This document shows, piece by piece, positions 37,981 to 51,635 of a stretch of 64,000 nucleotides of DNA (the stretch's first letter is position 1; the number at the start of each line of letters is the position of its first letter). The stretch comes from Monocercomonoides exilis PA203 (taxonomy: Eukaryota; Protista; Preaxostyla). The notes under the pieces were generated by a model that saw only the letters and a list, made by a program, of their open reading frames with translations, did no database searches and was not told the origin of the DNA. The position numbers were made by a program, and so were the translations under genes. The stretch covers positions 496,001 through 560,000 of the forward strand of contig LSRY02000039.1 in NCBI GenBank assembly GCA_001643675.2, given 5' to 3'.

Positions 37981-39468
37981 ATGATATCTGAATTCAAATC
38001 AAATGACGAATTTAAGTGGTTTTCTGACTGCAATGCTTTTTCAAAAATGCTGACAACGAGTAGAATCAAAAGGTTTAATGGTTTGTGCTTGTTATTGCAT
38101 TTGAATTCATGATTATTGTGATTTAATTTATTCTTTATTTATTTGCAGAATTGTTTTGTGAACTTGAGCATTGCAATGAAGATGAACAGAGAAAGAAAAT
38201 CGAAGAAATGAATGAAATAATTGATAGAATGAATGTATTTGAATTTCTTTTTATTTTTAAGACAAAGCTGTTTGAAAAAATGAATAAGATGATTGAAGAA
38301 AAGAAAATATCGATGAAAAATGCAATTTTGCTGCTGAAGTACATTGTGTATAACGCGACATTGAAAGGAATTGAAGTTTCTGACTTTGAAAGATCTTCGT
38401 TGAACGAAAGATTTGAAAAGATGATTGAAAATGAAGTCAAGAAAAAAGAAAAAAAGAACGAAAATCTACTGATTGATCTTTGCGAATGCTGTATTTTTCT
38501 GAGTGGTTGGATTAATATGGAAATGCTTTGCGTGTGTGTGCCTTGCCTTCTGAAAGCTGCTTTGAACAAGGAGGAAAGCGAGGAGACTCAGAAAGAAGTG
38601 GAAATGGCATTGCTTGCATTGAGTAATATAGGATTTCAAGTGTGAGCATTTCTATTTCCTTTATTTATGTTATTGAATTTTTTCTCCTCTTATTTTTAAA
38701 AAGGAAATTGGACAAGAACTTTATTTGAAGGAAATTACAGAAATCATCGAACATCAGCAGAAACACAGAAATCTCACAAAACTTGCCTATCAGTCCGCTT
38801 GGCTATTTTTTATATCCAGATTCTTCAATGATGACAGCTTGGAAGATACGATTACGAGTGAGCTGCATTTTGGAAGAGAAACAGCAAGAGAATTGGAAGA
38901 GTTGATGAAATGTGTAGATTGGAAGAGAAAAGAAGAGGAAATGAACAAAGAAGAAGCGAATGAAGTGCCGATAATCAAAAGATGGATTGAAACAATCTCG
39001 AATTATTTTTATAGATGCATATTAGAGAATGAGGAAAATGTAGGTCTAATAAATAGCATTGTTAAAGTATTTCGAGCAGCAAAGGATAATTACAGTGGAA
39101 TTCGCAATCAATGCATTTATTCCTTGATGTATGTAGCAGAAAATAGAGTTGTGAAAGTTGAAGACTTGCTGAAAGGAAAAGCAATTGATGCTGTTTTGGA
39201 GGGGATGCAGCAACCAACGTTGAATAAAAATTTGGAAGTTGAATGCTTGAAATTCTTTTCGAATGTTTCAATAAAATTGAAAGAAAAGAATAAAGATGAA
39301 AAGGAAGAAGAGGAAAGAAAATCAACAAAAATGGAGATATTCGAAAAGCTGGAAGAAGAAGGATACGAAGATATAATTGAGGGTTTTCATAAAATATTTA
39401 ATTTTCTTCACAGACATTATTCTCTTGGAACATCGTTGAATATTTCAGATTATTTTGTGAATGTTTGA
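37981..39468 (+). CDS. Uncharacterised helical protein of a lineage-expanded family (3 exons, ~451 aa)
   Basis: Exons 37981-38080, 38149-38639 and 38704-39468 with phase-1 and phase-0 GT-AG introns; open frame throughout. Motifs VPCLLKAALNKEESEETQKEVEMALLALS and YLKEITEII..HRNLTKLAYQSAW. Alternative start at 38047. Confidence 0.85.
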
Positions 39469-40496
39469 GGAAATGAAATTTTTAGAATTTCATTTCTCAA
39501 AATGTTTATTTTTTTATCATTTAGCGAAAATGAAAATAATCATTTGAGTATATTTTTATATTTTATTTTTGTTTCGCTTCATTAGATGAACAGACTAAAT
39601 TTTTGGATATCCTATTTTTGCTGCTGTTTCTTGTGGTGAAGAAGTGTCTGAATGAAAAATGATTTGCAATTTTTCAAAGAGAATAACAAACAAATGAAAT
39701 TTTTCCATGGATCAATTTTGTTGCTCATTAGCATTTTATAAGACAAGAAAATAAGTTTTTTTCTTAAAGAAAAAAGAAATGAGAAGTATATTGAAAATGA
39801 ATGAATTCATTTATAAATTTTCACAGCATCTCATAAATGAATGGGAGAGGAAAATTAACAATTGCCTCTCTCCATCATTTGAGAAGTGCAAAATCAAAAA
39901 AATGTTCACTTTCTTTTTTATTCACTGATTTTTTTTGCATTTTTTGCATTTTTTCAGATAAATAAGAAACACCTTAAAAATAACTCAGCACTTCAATTAT
40001 CTGTGTTTCTCAAAGCGTTTTATCCAAATTCGCAAATGTGAAATATTGTTAAATATAATTATGATAAAATACACAAAAAATAAAACTCAAGAAAACTATT
40101 AAAAATTGATTAAATGAACTCAACTATTCATAATTGGAATAAAAAACAAAAATGCTGAAATATGTTTTTTAATCGCAAATTGATAAATGCTATAAATAAC
40201 GATTGCATTCCTGGCATTTTTCATTTAAAGGAAAAAATGCATCAAAAAAACAAGATCAAAAGCACTAAGAAGAAAAGAAATACCTGAATAGATACAAAAA
40301 CATTTGCTAAAAATTAATTTCTATCAAATAAAAAAAGAAAAGAAAAATTCAAGAAACTATTTTCAATTTTGAAGAAATTAAAAAAACAGAATGAAACTCG
40401 CACTTTAACAAGATTTCATGAAATTAAAACAAGGCAAAAACAAGATTGAAGAAGTGATTATCACAAATGATTTTTTAAGAATTATCACGTTCTAGC

Positions 40497-43469
40497 TCAT
40501 TGTTTTACATATTTGAAAGCGCTGTACTGTCTTCGCTTTTTGTTTCTTTTCACGCTCACGATACTCACAATCACAATCACCACAACAACAACAGAAAAAA
40601 CGCTTGTGGAAACAATGATTGCAACAAGATGCGTGGTGGGCATTGCCTTTGGATCGTCTTTCTTCTGCTTCACCAAAATAACATTTGCAGAATGCTTATT
40701 CTCTCCATTAATAATCCCACTCGAATAAGTCAAGCGACAAACAACTGATGCGTAATCATCAACTTCAAACAAAGATGGAGGAATCCTCACTTTCATTTCT
40801 GTCTCATTTGTGTATTCAGAAACCGGGCAATTTGTCCATTTCATTTCTTCTCCTTTCTTTTTTTTGGACACTTCAAATGTTAATCCACAAGGAAACAGAT
40901 ACGATCCATGCACAACTGCTTCGACTTCTTTCTCAATTTCATTTTCTCTTTGCAGTTCATTCTTTTTGCTGGTGTCATCTCTTTTCAGCGTCACATTCTT
41001 CAAAACGGGTGAAAAGAAATATGAATCCATGTTCTCAGCAGCTGTTCCAGTTGCTTCTTCATTAGATAGCATTCCAAATGGCTTCCCATCAAGCCCATCA
41101 CTTCCTGGAGACAACGATTCCACCAGAATCCAATCTCCATTGTTTCTGACATTGTGCCGCAAAGATGGAAATTTCTCCCAGCCAGCATCGATTGGATGGT
41201 TGTTTATGAAACTGCAGCTGTACAAATGCAACGTAGTTGAATGAGAAAGTATTGCTCCATCGCCAATGACAATAAATGAGCTGTCATTAATATTCGTTAA
41301 AAATGTTTCATTCAGAAAAACAAGCCCCGAATCCCACGAGCACAACAGATTATTCTCTTCATTTCCCTGATTCAAATGTTCCTCGTTTGTTGCATTCCGA
41401 AAAGCTCTGAGGCCGTAAGCTGCCTCATCGCACCCACGCTGACTTTTTTGGGTGATATTATTGTTTCTTCCGTAAATAACAAGTTGCGATAATTCTAGAG
41501 AACCGTATTCATATTCAATTAGCTTTTATGGAAGCAATTTTCCTTCCCCTCCAAGCACGTTTTCACCTTTCAAGCCAGTGAACCAAGGCCGAAATACAAC
41601 ATCTGTAACCTGGAAAACACATTCCCCGTATATCAAAGTTAGCGCATCTCCTTCGATCGCGTCTGGATATTCAAAATCCAAATGAAAAAATGAAAACATG
41701 CTGATTTCGTCTCCGAACACTGCAAGTGCAAAGTCGGTTTTTATATTTGCTCCAATTCGAATGGTTCCTCTGTTCTGTTCACCTTTCGATGAAGGCATTG
41801 ATAAGGAATCATTAATAGAAGAAAACTTTGTAACTTGGCATCCAGAAAACGACTCGTTGACAAAGATTTTCTCGATGATAGACAATGACATGTGATTTTT
41901 CCATGATTTGTGTTTGGCTACATCACTTAATTGTGAGCACGGTTCTTCTTTTCGCCCGCATGTTTTCTCGTTGCTTGCTTCTTCGCCTCCAACAAAGATG
42001 TTCACTGAGCGGTATGGCAATATATTCTCTTTGTCTGCTATTAGGTCAATCATTCTTCCATCTTTCCTATCTTCGAGCAGTATGTAATTCTTTTTCCCGT
42101 AAATCCCTTCCATCTCAAAATAAAATTGATCTTAATCGATCTGCTTTCTTCCTGTTGGAAATGACAAGTAAACAAATTCTCCTTTATCAGCTGTACAATC
42201 AGAAAATAATACATTCTTAAACGTTAAATCCAATGATCCTGTTGCTTCGTCAGCTGCTTGAATAAACATCGCTCCTCCTTTTGACTCGTCATTCAGATTA
42301 ACGCTCAGTCGATCTGCATTCGCGTTTGCAATTCCGCACGAACAATTCGTGAAATGCATTCGAAAAAACATGCAATGGTGCTCGCTATTCGTAATTTCCA
42401 AATATATCGCTCCTCCCAATTTGTGCTCAGTTGACCAGCAATTTGTAAAAGTGCAATCATCAAACTTTGCAGATTGGCATCCTCCCATTATCGTCAAGAC
42501 CGATTGCGTTTTGCTTTTTGTGGTGATTGAGTCCAATTTCATGCAAAAATTTTCAATTTTTTGAGAAGCTTCTGAGAGTATCAGTGCACAGGAAGATACA
42601 AAATGTGAAATCTCAACGCTCTGAAACATCAATTCACCAGATTTGCATTTAATAAGCACGCAGTTCAGCTCATTCTCTGCCTCTATATTGCTGATATTCG
42701 TATTTTCCAATTTCGTTTGTGAACCTTCTCCTTCCACATCAATTAATCCTTGATTTCTTCCGCTTTCTCGTTTTGTATCCACGCAAATATCTGAATAGCT
42801 AATGTATAAAAACCCTTTGCCTTTAACGCAAAACAAGGCGTAACCGGTTTTTTCTTTCTTTTCGTTCAAAGCAGTTGTGATACTAATTACACTTTTGTAT
42901 CCTTTTTCAAGTGTGATGTGTCTCCCATCAATTATTATTGGATCGATATCGAATCTATTGCAATTTTCTGTCGTGTGAATCTGTAATATTCCTTCGGGCT
43001 TGCAGTGCTCCACTGCCTTTTTTATGGTTTTACATGGTATATTCCCTGATAGGCCACATTCTCCGCTGTCAATCCCGTTTTCTCCATCCACTTCAACTTC
43101 ATTCTCTTCATTGAGTTCCATTTCTTTAAATGCAATTTTAGTATGAACTTCAGAAAAACCTTTCTCGTTCTCTTTTCTCCAGCTGAAATCGTACAAATTA
43201 ATAAAAGAGTTTGAATTGACCAAGTCTATAAAATCCCTTTTGTTCCTCTGATCCATGCTATCTTCTGCTTTTTTAATAATTTCCTTTTGATCTCGTATAC
43301 ATGCTATGACATCTGGATTCGGATTATCAATTCCTTCAGGAGCACTGCAAATATTCTCTGCGAAAATCGCATCCCCCTTTTCTCTTATTGCTTGAATTTC
43401 TTCGCCTTCTTTTTTATCAATGCAACTAATATCGTAGAAGCAACAAAACACGCTCACAAACAAAAACAT
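40497..43469 (-). pseudogene. Type I membrane surface protein gene (beta-helix-like modules) with two in-frame TAA codons
   Basis: Signal-like MFLFVSVFCCFY, G.D...CG....PC.T modules, LGGAIY/KGGAMF motifs and a C-terminal TM helix followed by KRNKKRR. A single frame over 2973 nt, broken only by TAA at 42132-42134 and 41526-41528. Confidence 0.85.
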
Positions 43470-44202
43470 ATCGCAATACTCTGGAATGAAAATTTTATTT
43501 TTCGATCTTAACCATATATTTATTAACAATATTGATAATTGAAACATAAAAAATAAAAATCAAAAATCAAAGAAATATATATTAATAACTGTTTATCAAA
43601 CTTTGTGATTTGAAAATATCACATTCGGTATATATGTTAATGAAAATTCATTAAATACTCAACATAAACGAGTTTTCTTGTTTTTATAATACAAATCAAA
43701 TTTCTTTTCAAAAAGGACAATATTTCATCTATATGAAAGTCACATATCTCAAAGATAAAATTAAAATATGGCGCATAATTTTTGCAATTATGAAAAAAAC
43801 TGAGAATTGTTCCAAACTTTTTCTGCAATTGATAATTATAATTCTTGATTTATATTGCAATATCAAATATTTAAATATAAAAAAAGTTGAAAAAAAATAT
43901 CGAAAGGACAAGTGGAACAGTATTCATAAAGCAAAAAATTTTGTCCCATATTCATATTTGTTAAAATTATATGGTTTGATGATCAAAAGAAAAGATATTT
44001 GAATCTTGAGTTTAAAAGAAATATTGAATGTATGAAAGGGAATTTATTTAATGCTTTATTTGTTGGAAAAATATAAATTGGATTCTGAATTTTTTCCATT
44101 TTAATTTTCATGGATAGAGAGAGATGTTTGTTTTGGTTGATTATTTTGTTGATTGATATGTTGAAAGCAATTATTGTAATTTGAACACTAAAAATAGATA
44201 AT

Positions 44203-45703
44203 ATGAAAGCTGTAAAGGGAAAATCAACAGCTGAATTGAAAGAGATTCCTCTTTCAGAGAAGTTTTCGAGTATATTTGATTTTTTCTAGATATTTTGCGT
44301 TCTTTATTGTTTTAAAAAGAATTAATCCACCTATTTGATAAATTTTCTTTTAGAGAGCCGAGCCGTATTAGCGATAAAATTTGTTGTTTGATTGACAAAA
44401 TGAATGAGGAAGAATTAAATTCTTTCTTTGCGAAAACTGTTTTCGAAAAGATTGAAAATATGTTTGAAAAAGATGAAATATCTTTGAAAAATGTTTCTTT
44501 GCTGCTAATATGTATGGGACGTTGCAAAGTATTGAAAGGAATATGGAATAACAACTTTGATGATTGTTCATTATGTTGAAAAATTGAATATCTTCTAACT
44601 GATGAAGCACGAAAAAATGAAGTGATCAATAAAAAGCAGATTACTTATCTCTGTAAATGCTATCTCTTATTAAGTGATTTTAATTTTAACGTTTCGAAGG
44701 AACTGATGCTTTTTATTGTTCCATGTCTGCTGAAAGTTTCGTTACAAAAAGAGGAAAGTGAATAAACACAAAAAGAAGTTGAAACTGCCTTATTGGCTTT
44801 GAGTTGCATTCCTGAATTTGTGGTATGAGCATTTTAATAATGTTACATATAAATATGTTTCTTTTTGCATTTGTTTCATCATAGTTCATCAATCCGACAT
44901 TGTACCTGAACGAGATAACCGAAATCATCCTGCACCATCAGGAGCATAGAAATCTTTCGAGACTGGCGTATCAATCTGCTTGGGGCTTTTTGAAGACCAG
45001 GTTATTGTTTGAAGGTGGGCTGGATGGTTTGCGTGCGAAAGAGATGTATTTTGTGACTGAAGCAGCAAAGGAACTAGAAGAGCTTTCATATTGCGTTGAT
45101 TGGATGAAAAAGGGGAAACGAATGATGGCGAACGAAGAAGAAGAATATGACGATGATGATGATGATGATGAAAGAAAAGAGGAAGAGAAAATCTCTGTTA
45201 TTAAGCGGTGGCTGATGACGATATACATCTTTCTCTTCTTCTTCCAGCTTAGTGACGCAGACGTGCTGATGCTGACAAGCAGCGTGGCCAGTTTGAACAG
45301 AAAAGCGAGGGTCAGCCGCATAAGTGTGTCGAAGGAGTGCCTCTCTTTGTACATCAGTGCGGTGGATGCGAAAGAGCATGTGGCATTTGAGCTGATGAGG
45401 ATTGGGGCAGGGGCAGTTCTGGTGGGAGAGCTGCAGAAGCCGACGCTGTACGAGCCGATGGAAAGACTGTGTTTAAAGCTGCTGAAGCAGCTGTTGAGAG
45501 GGTTTTGTGTGCGTGTGGAGAACGAGGAAGCCAGGAGGAAGTCAAAGATGTTGCAACGGGAAATGTGCGTAATGATGGAGGAAGAAGGATTTGATGACAC
45601 TATTCTGAGCCTCAAACAAATAATTGTTGGACGCATTTTTAATATCGATAGGTATTTAATTGGCAATGCGAAAGATTATGATGCGCTCTGTTTTGTCTGT
45701 TGA
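44203..45703 (+). pseudogene. Paralogue of the 37981-39468 gene with two in-frame stops
   Basis: Introns 44270-44319 (phase 1) and 44823-44884 (phase 0) lie at equivalent positions. TGA at 44577 and TAA at 44763 (EESE*TQKEVE). Motif YLNEITEII..HRNLSRLAYQSAW. Confidence 0.85.
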
Positions 45704-47081
45704 ATGTCTTTCTTATTTTTATTTATTTATTTTTTGAAGATTTTCTTCTTCATTTAAAATATCCTTTCTTTACTGCGAATATCAATTTGTCTGTGAAACA
45801 ATTATTAGTCTTTGAGAATTCAGTTGAAAACTCAAGCCTTTTATTTATTTATTTATTAACACCTTTCATTTCTGTTCTTTTTAATAAGAATAAATTAACA
45901 TTAACAAAGTGGGAAAATTAAAAGATACAGATTTCAAACAAAAACTGGAATTTTTTCCTATTTCAATTATTTTTTTCATAGAAAAAAATTTGATATTCGA
46001 AGTTTTATAAGTTTTAAAAAAATAAGGCTATTTCAAATAAGATGAACAAAAATATTTCACTTCCAAAATTTTGTGTCATCTTCGTTTTTCAATTTAATCC
46101 GTTTTTCAATTTTTTTTCAAAAGAAAAACATTAAAGTGCAGAGAACCTTTATTCTTATGAAAAACAGTTGTCTTCAACTCATGTTTATTAAAGGAGTGAG
46201 TTCTGCATTGTTAGCTCAGCTGATCACAAAATTCAAAGATGACAATTATGTTGGAAGAACATATTTTGGGACTGAGAGGGATATTCTCACAAAATCAGTC
46301 CTGCAGGCGGAATGGGAATGGAGCCTCCCATTTCCATTCCAACAACAGGAGCCCCAGGCTCCCAATTCCCATTAACGTCAGTAATCTCCTCAACAACCTC
46401 AACATCAACCAGTTCAGTTGGCTCGCCTCACTCCCCAACACATCCTCTATTAGAAGCAGCCAAATTATTCTTTGGAGAAAACTTGCCGAGTCCAGTATTT
46501 GCTTATCATGTCGATCAAGGAGATCTTTTCCAGATATTTCAAGATTATGAATCCTAATCAGTTCCCACGTTCCTGCCGGCTTCGACCCATCAACATTCGC
46601 AATCTCAAAGTTGGTTATCCTAAGCTTTGAATGAAGGAGCGTTCAATGTAGAATCCTTATTGATGCCCGCTTAGAAAGTAATGTTGATGGCAACACGAGG
46701 GACAACAGAAGAAGCATAACAACACCATGGAAATGCAATGATACTCACAGTCTCAACTCTCCAAGCTGCATGCCACTTGAACATTTAAGTCAAATTCGGT
46801 TTTAAGTCAGCAAAAACACTTCAGGAAGAAAAGGATGATCCGTTTTTGACCATAGAGCAATTGGAGAGGATGAATCCAATTTTACAGTCCAGAAAAGAGC
46901 GGAGACAGGGAAGCGCTGTTTCACACTTGTCACAAAGAACAAGGAGAATTGGCTCATGTAAAACTAGATCTACAAGCTCGGGAACTGGAAGAACAACACG
47001 TTCAGCATCAAGAAGCAATTTTTTTCGGAGAAAGGAGGGGGCCGCACCCAAGCCTTTGCCGAGGAGTGGAAGAAGATCGGA

Positions 47082-48226
47082 GTGACCAACTGGATAACAG
47101 ACGGGATAAGACCGATTTGGAAGGGGAGAGCTGCAAGAGACAAGTTGAAACAGGAAAAGATGAAAGGCAGAGGCTTCCTGGGTGGTAGAGAGGATAAAGA
47201 GGCTTGTTCAGAATGGATTCAAGAAGGATGCAGGACAGATATCTTAACACAGATACAAGAAGGAGAGGTCTGTTGCTTGAACAACATATTTTTCATAAAG
47301 AAGAAGACAGGGAAGTTCCGTCAAATTCTCGATTGTCGTCCACTCAATGTCGCATTGAAAGATATCCATTTCAAAATGGAATACCATCGCACTATGGAGA
47401 GACTGATTTAAAAGGGAGATTTTGCAACCTCACTAGATCTTTCTCAGGCTTATTTCCTGATTCCAATTCACAAGGACTTCACACCATTTCTAGCCTTCAA
47501 GTTCGAGGAGAGATACTACGGGTTCAAAGGCATGCCCTTCGGATTGAAAGACGCACCGAGAATTTTTCCAAAGGAAATGAGAAAAGTTTCGAAGGAAATC
47601 ATAAGAAGATGGAATGCGAGGTGAATTTTACACTTGGACGATGTCCTATTACTGGATCCAGATCAAGTCAAGCTGAAGACTGCAACTCAAGAAATTTTCA
47701 AGTGGTTTCAAAATTTGGGCTTAATCATCAACACGGAGAAGAGCAAGATAAGCCTCAAGAAGAACTTCAACTTCCTCAGATGGACGTGGAATACGATTCG
47801 GACAACTATTTCAGTGGAACAACAGAGACGCAGGTAACTGATGCAGGAATGTATTAAATGGATGAAGAGGGTGAAGAAGAACAGCTTTGCAAAGACAAAA
47901 GGGTTTGCTTCGTTCAAAGGACAGCTCAGCGCTGTATGGTTCGTGTCCAAATACACCTCTCTGTGCATAAACAAAATGTTCCATTTTCTCAACAAGTATG
48001 AAAAGAAAAATGGTTGGGAAGGAGCGGTTTTCATGAACAACTGCATAAAGAAACAACTGGACTTCTGGATTCAAAGGCTCAAGGAGAGATACTACAGAGA
48101 ACTGGTGGACTTCTCGAAGCCCGATGCTATTTTCGCAACAGATGCTTCCCCATGGGCTTGCGGAGCAACCTTGGCAGTTGGAGGAGAGAGATTTCGTTTT
48201 CACAAACAGTTCAACAGACACACAAA
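47082..48226 (+). pseudogene. DIRS reverse transcriptase and N-terminal part of RNase H
   Basis: IFFIKKKTGKFRQILDCRPLN..HFKME, ATSLDLSQAY, GMPFGLKDAPRIF, HLDDVL, GLIINTEKS and FATDASPWACGA. Stops and frameshifts present. Confidence 0.92.
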
Positions 48227-51200
48227 GGGTAAGTTCCAAGAATACGGATTATCGAAAAAATATTATTTTGATATTGCACACAAAAGAAAATGCTTCAACA
48301 ATTAATTCGAAATTTGTTTTTTCTGTCGAAAATGTATTGTTTTGAACAATCCGTTTTTTGTTTGATCTATCCCATAAATATTTTCTAATATTCCTTGATT
48401 TTGTTTTGTCTCATAATTTTGAAGTTTTTGGCTTTATCTTCTCACGTTGAGGAATTGATTTAAAAAAAATTATTTTATTGTTTACTTCAAACTTTTTGAT
48501 AAATATTCACAGTATCATTTTTGACTGTCATCGTTCGAAACATATACAATTTTCATGTTTTTATTCAATTTGAGCAATTTATCAATTAAAAATCAAAGCA
48601 TGATTTTCCACATTAGGGAGCAACCTTTTATAATTGTTATTGAGTGATATTTGACAATTGAATTATATTCAAACTGAATTCAATCAAATAATATTGTGGC
48701 AAAAATCCAGAAAAATGAAGCGATCAAGTATCCGCTCTTGTGTAAGTTTTGAAAGAAGTGTGATTTGTTTTTGATAATGAATTTGAAAACTTAGAGGTTA
48801 CAGCTGACACAACAAACAAAGATAGCTCTTTGAAGCAGACGCCATCCAACACCACAGCAGCACCAGAGCAGGCCTCAATGAACGAATTCCCTGCTCCTGG
48901 CTCAAATAAAGACAAAACAAAAGAAGACTGTCCAGATTACTTGCTCCAAATTCTTCTGCTGATGGCTGCTGCCTCGATGCCTGCAAGCGGATGGCCGAGA
49001 ACGAAACATTGCTCAAACACAAACAATGACTCTCAACACAAATTACAGTATTTGCCAGCTGCGCCGGCTCTTCCGACGTGATTGTGCAGTCGCTGAGAGT
49101 CAGATTTCCACTTCTCACGTCAAATACAAAGTGATGAGGTGAAGCAAACCCCGATCCAAATACGATGTTAATCTTCAAAAACTGGCTTTCCAGCGAAGAG
49201 GATACAACATAATTCGATTTTTCATCTGATTATGTGATTTCCGAGTCAAATAAAACGACAGCCTGCGTGTCTCCAACAACCTGAACCGTTACACAATGAA
49301 TGATTGTTTAAACTGTAACAAAATCATTTCTCATTACAAACACTTTTTGAAATGATCCTTCGTTGAGATGTCGCGCAGACTCGCTGAGTGTGGCACACGG
49401 ATCTGATCTTTTCCAACATTCCTTCTCATTCTTCCCTTTCTCTCCTGACACAAATATCCGCTCTGACTTGTAGAACACAATAAATGGCACAAAATCAATT
49501 GGCCCATCGTTTTCTTTGTCCATCCCGAAGATGGCATTTTCTCTGTCGAATGCCAACTCACTGAAGTCCATTACACACAGGACGCTCTCATAAGAAATGA
49601 CTGAAGCCCTCGCATTTGTGCTGCGGATGAGATGCCACTGAAGATTCTCCAGTCTGATTTCGCTCGCTTCTTTGCCCGCTTTCGCTTTTTTGCCATTCCC
49701 TGATAAGACTGATTCCTCATTTTCCTTCTCTTCCGCATTTCCTACAGAAAAAAACGATTCACCTGCAAAATTCAAAACATCAACAGAAAACGCGCTTGCC
49801 ACAAAATGTGCAGCCGGTGCAGCAAGTCGGATGGTAGATGTTGCAGAGGAGAGCTCAGCCATTTTGGATTCTTCAATCGAAAGTGTTCCAGACGAAACAT
49901 GGAAGAGCACAAAATCAATTCCTTTATCTGCTGTCTGAACCGCAAATGAGCGTTTGTTAAGCGAAACTGTTCCTATCTCAGTGAAAAGAAGTTCCTTTTG
50001 AGATGTTTCGAAAGACGAAGGCAAGCAGAAGTTGACGGAGGTGAAGGTGAGCATCAGCTTGTTTGTGAGCACAGTCTCAGAAGGCTCAGAAAGAGATTGA
50101 ATAGCTTTTCCTGCATTGATTGTGCATTCATCCGAGGAAGGCTCATCAGAAGAGGAGGAAGAAGATTAGCCAGGAGAAGAAGGAATTGCTGGTCTTATTG
50201 AGCTGTTTGAAAGGTCCCATTCACCTGAAATGGTAGCACTTGTGTTGATTTTGATTTCTCTGAACTGAATTCCTTCTCTGAAATGCCTCATCTTTTTCCA
50301 AAACAACAGACAAGGCTCCTTTTCTGATCCGCACCTGCGAATGTCACTCCCACTCAACAACACAACACCAGAATTGTATGTGTGATCAAACAGCAGCTTA
50401 CCCAAAGAAATGCCTTTGGTAAAGTTCACTTCATCTGCCCCAAAGAAAGCTGTTGTGTTTTTCCATTCAGTCCAATCAAACATCAACCTTTCAATGACAA
50501 CTGAAGAATTAAAATCGGAGCTCAATATGAACATGTTTCTGCCAACAAATGCTTCATTCTCAGAAAACACCAAATCAGACAAAGAAAATTTATCGATCTA
50601 GTTGCAGCAGCTCAGATACAAAAACACTCCTTTTCCTTTGAAAGTCGAACAAACGCAAACAATTTACAATAAACGTCATTCATCAGATCCTTCCCAACAA
50701 TAAACATGTCTCTTCCCTGGTGTTCCCTGTTTCCTCTAACACTTACGTGTGAAAATGAATATCTGTCATTGTTGTCTGTTGCACATGTCAAATAGATTCT
50801 TCCACCACATCCTTCAGAACTTCTTCAGGTGCTGTTCTTCACTCCCACATTGATCATCTTCAAATGCTAATTCGCAGATTTCAGTTCAAAATACATCGAT
50901 TTTCAGTTTTTTGACATTCTTCTGAGCAGAGTGTTTGGACCTCATATCCAAAAACTTCGATTTCGAAAGTGCTTTGAAGAGAAAACTTCTTACTATACAT
51001 ATTTAATGCTCCTTTGATGAAGCTTGTGAATGAAGAAGTGTTCACAGATAAACTGCTGGATATGAATTTCCTTCTTTTTCTTTATTGTTTTTGAGGTTTT
51101 CGCAATTATAATTATAAACAAGTTATTAAACAAATTAATATATGTTATTTTGAGAAAAATATTGCAATCATTATTAAACTGAGCTTCTATATCAACAAAA

Positions 51201-51635
51201 TATACAATGTTATTATTGATATCACCTGTTTCATTTCAATCAGTTATTGAATTCATACAAAACTGTGTTATTTCGACATTTGATAATTTTTTGATGATTT
51301 CGAATATCATGCATTCTTTTGTGCTGGAAAAAAGCTGTGCAAAAGCAAAAACTCAGATGTGATTTTTTCGTTCGAAAAGACATGAAAAAAAGTGAAGATG
51401 AAACTTGTTTGCATTTTTCAAAATTTGAGCACGACAAAAGCTTGCATGTCAAAATATAAAATGTGCAGGTCAATAAAAAAAATCAAAGAATTTAAAAAAA
51501 AGGATAGTTTGAAAATATTTGTGGGATAGATCAAAGAACAAAAATTTGAGTTTCATTCTATCCATTTTCAACAGAAAAACCAAATATTCAATTAATTATT
51601 TTGTATATTACTTTTGCGTTCAACATCAACAAATA
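48227..51635. mobile_element. Long-TIR non-autonomous element (Pack-MULE-like) carrying host gene fragments
   Basis: Degenerate inverted repeats of >=130 bp, e.g. tttgatctatcccataaatattttc (48361-48385) vs gaaaatatttgtgggatagatcaaa (51511-51535), 24/25 identical. Left end begins GGGTAAG. It interrupts the DIRS RNase H domain. The right tip appears deleted, so the TSD cannot be tested. Confidence 0.72.
48780..51010 (-). pseudogene. Captured, decayed fragment of a beta-helix-like surface-protein gene
   Basis: KGKGVFLYLSCCN..LSDLVFSENEAFVGRNMFILSSDFNSSVVIERLMFDW parallels GKGGFLCLDCQN..LENVSFTNNSAAIGKNMFILEKDFYSSVTNDSFKFDY at 60.6-60.8 kb. Also GSDIRRCGSEKEPC and GKNEKECWKRSDPCAT modules. Confidence 0.88.

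Noticed and set aside
44971-45666. 231-aa antisense ORF, and similar antisense ORFs at 58102-58773, 61812-62405 and 62592-63254
   Set aside because: These are shadows of real coding sequence on the opposite strand, with no independent motifs.
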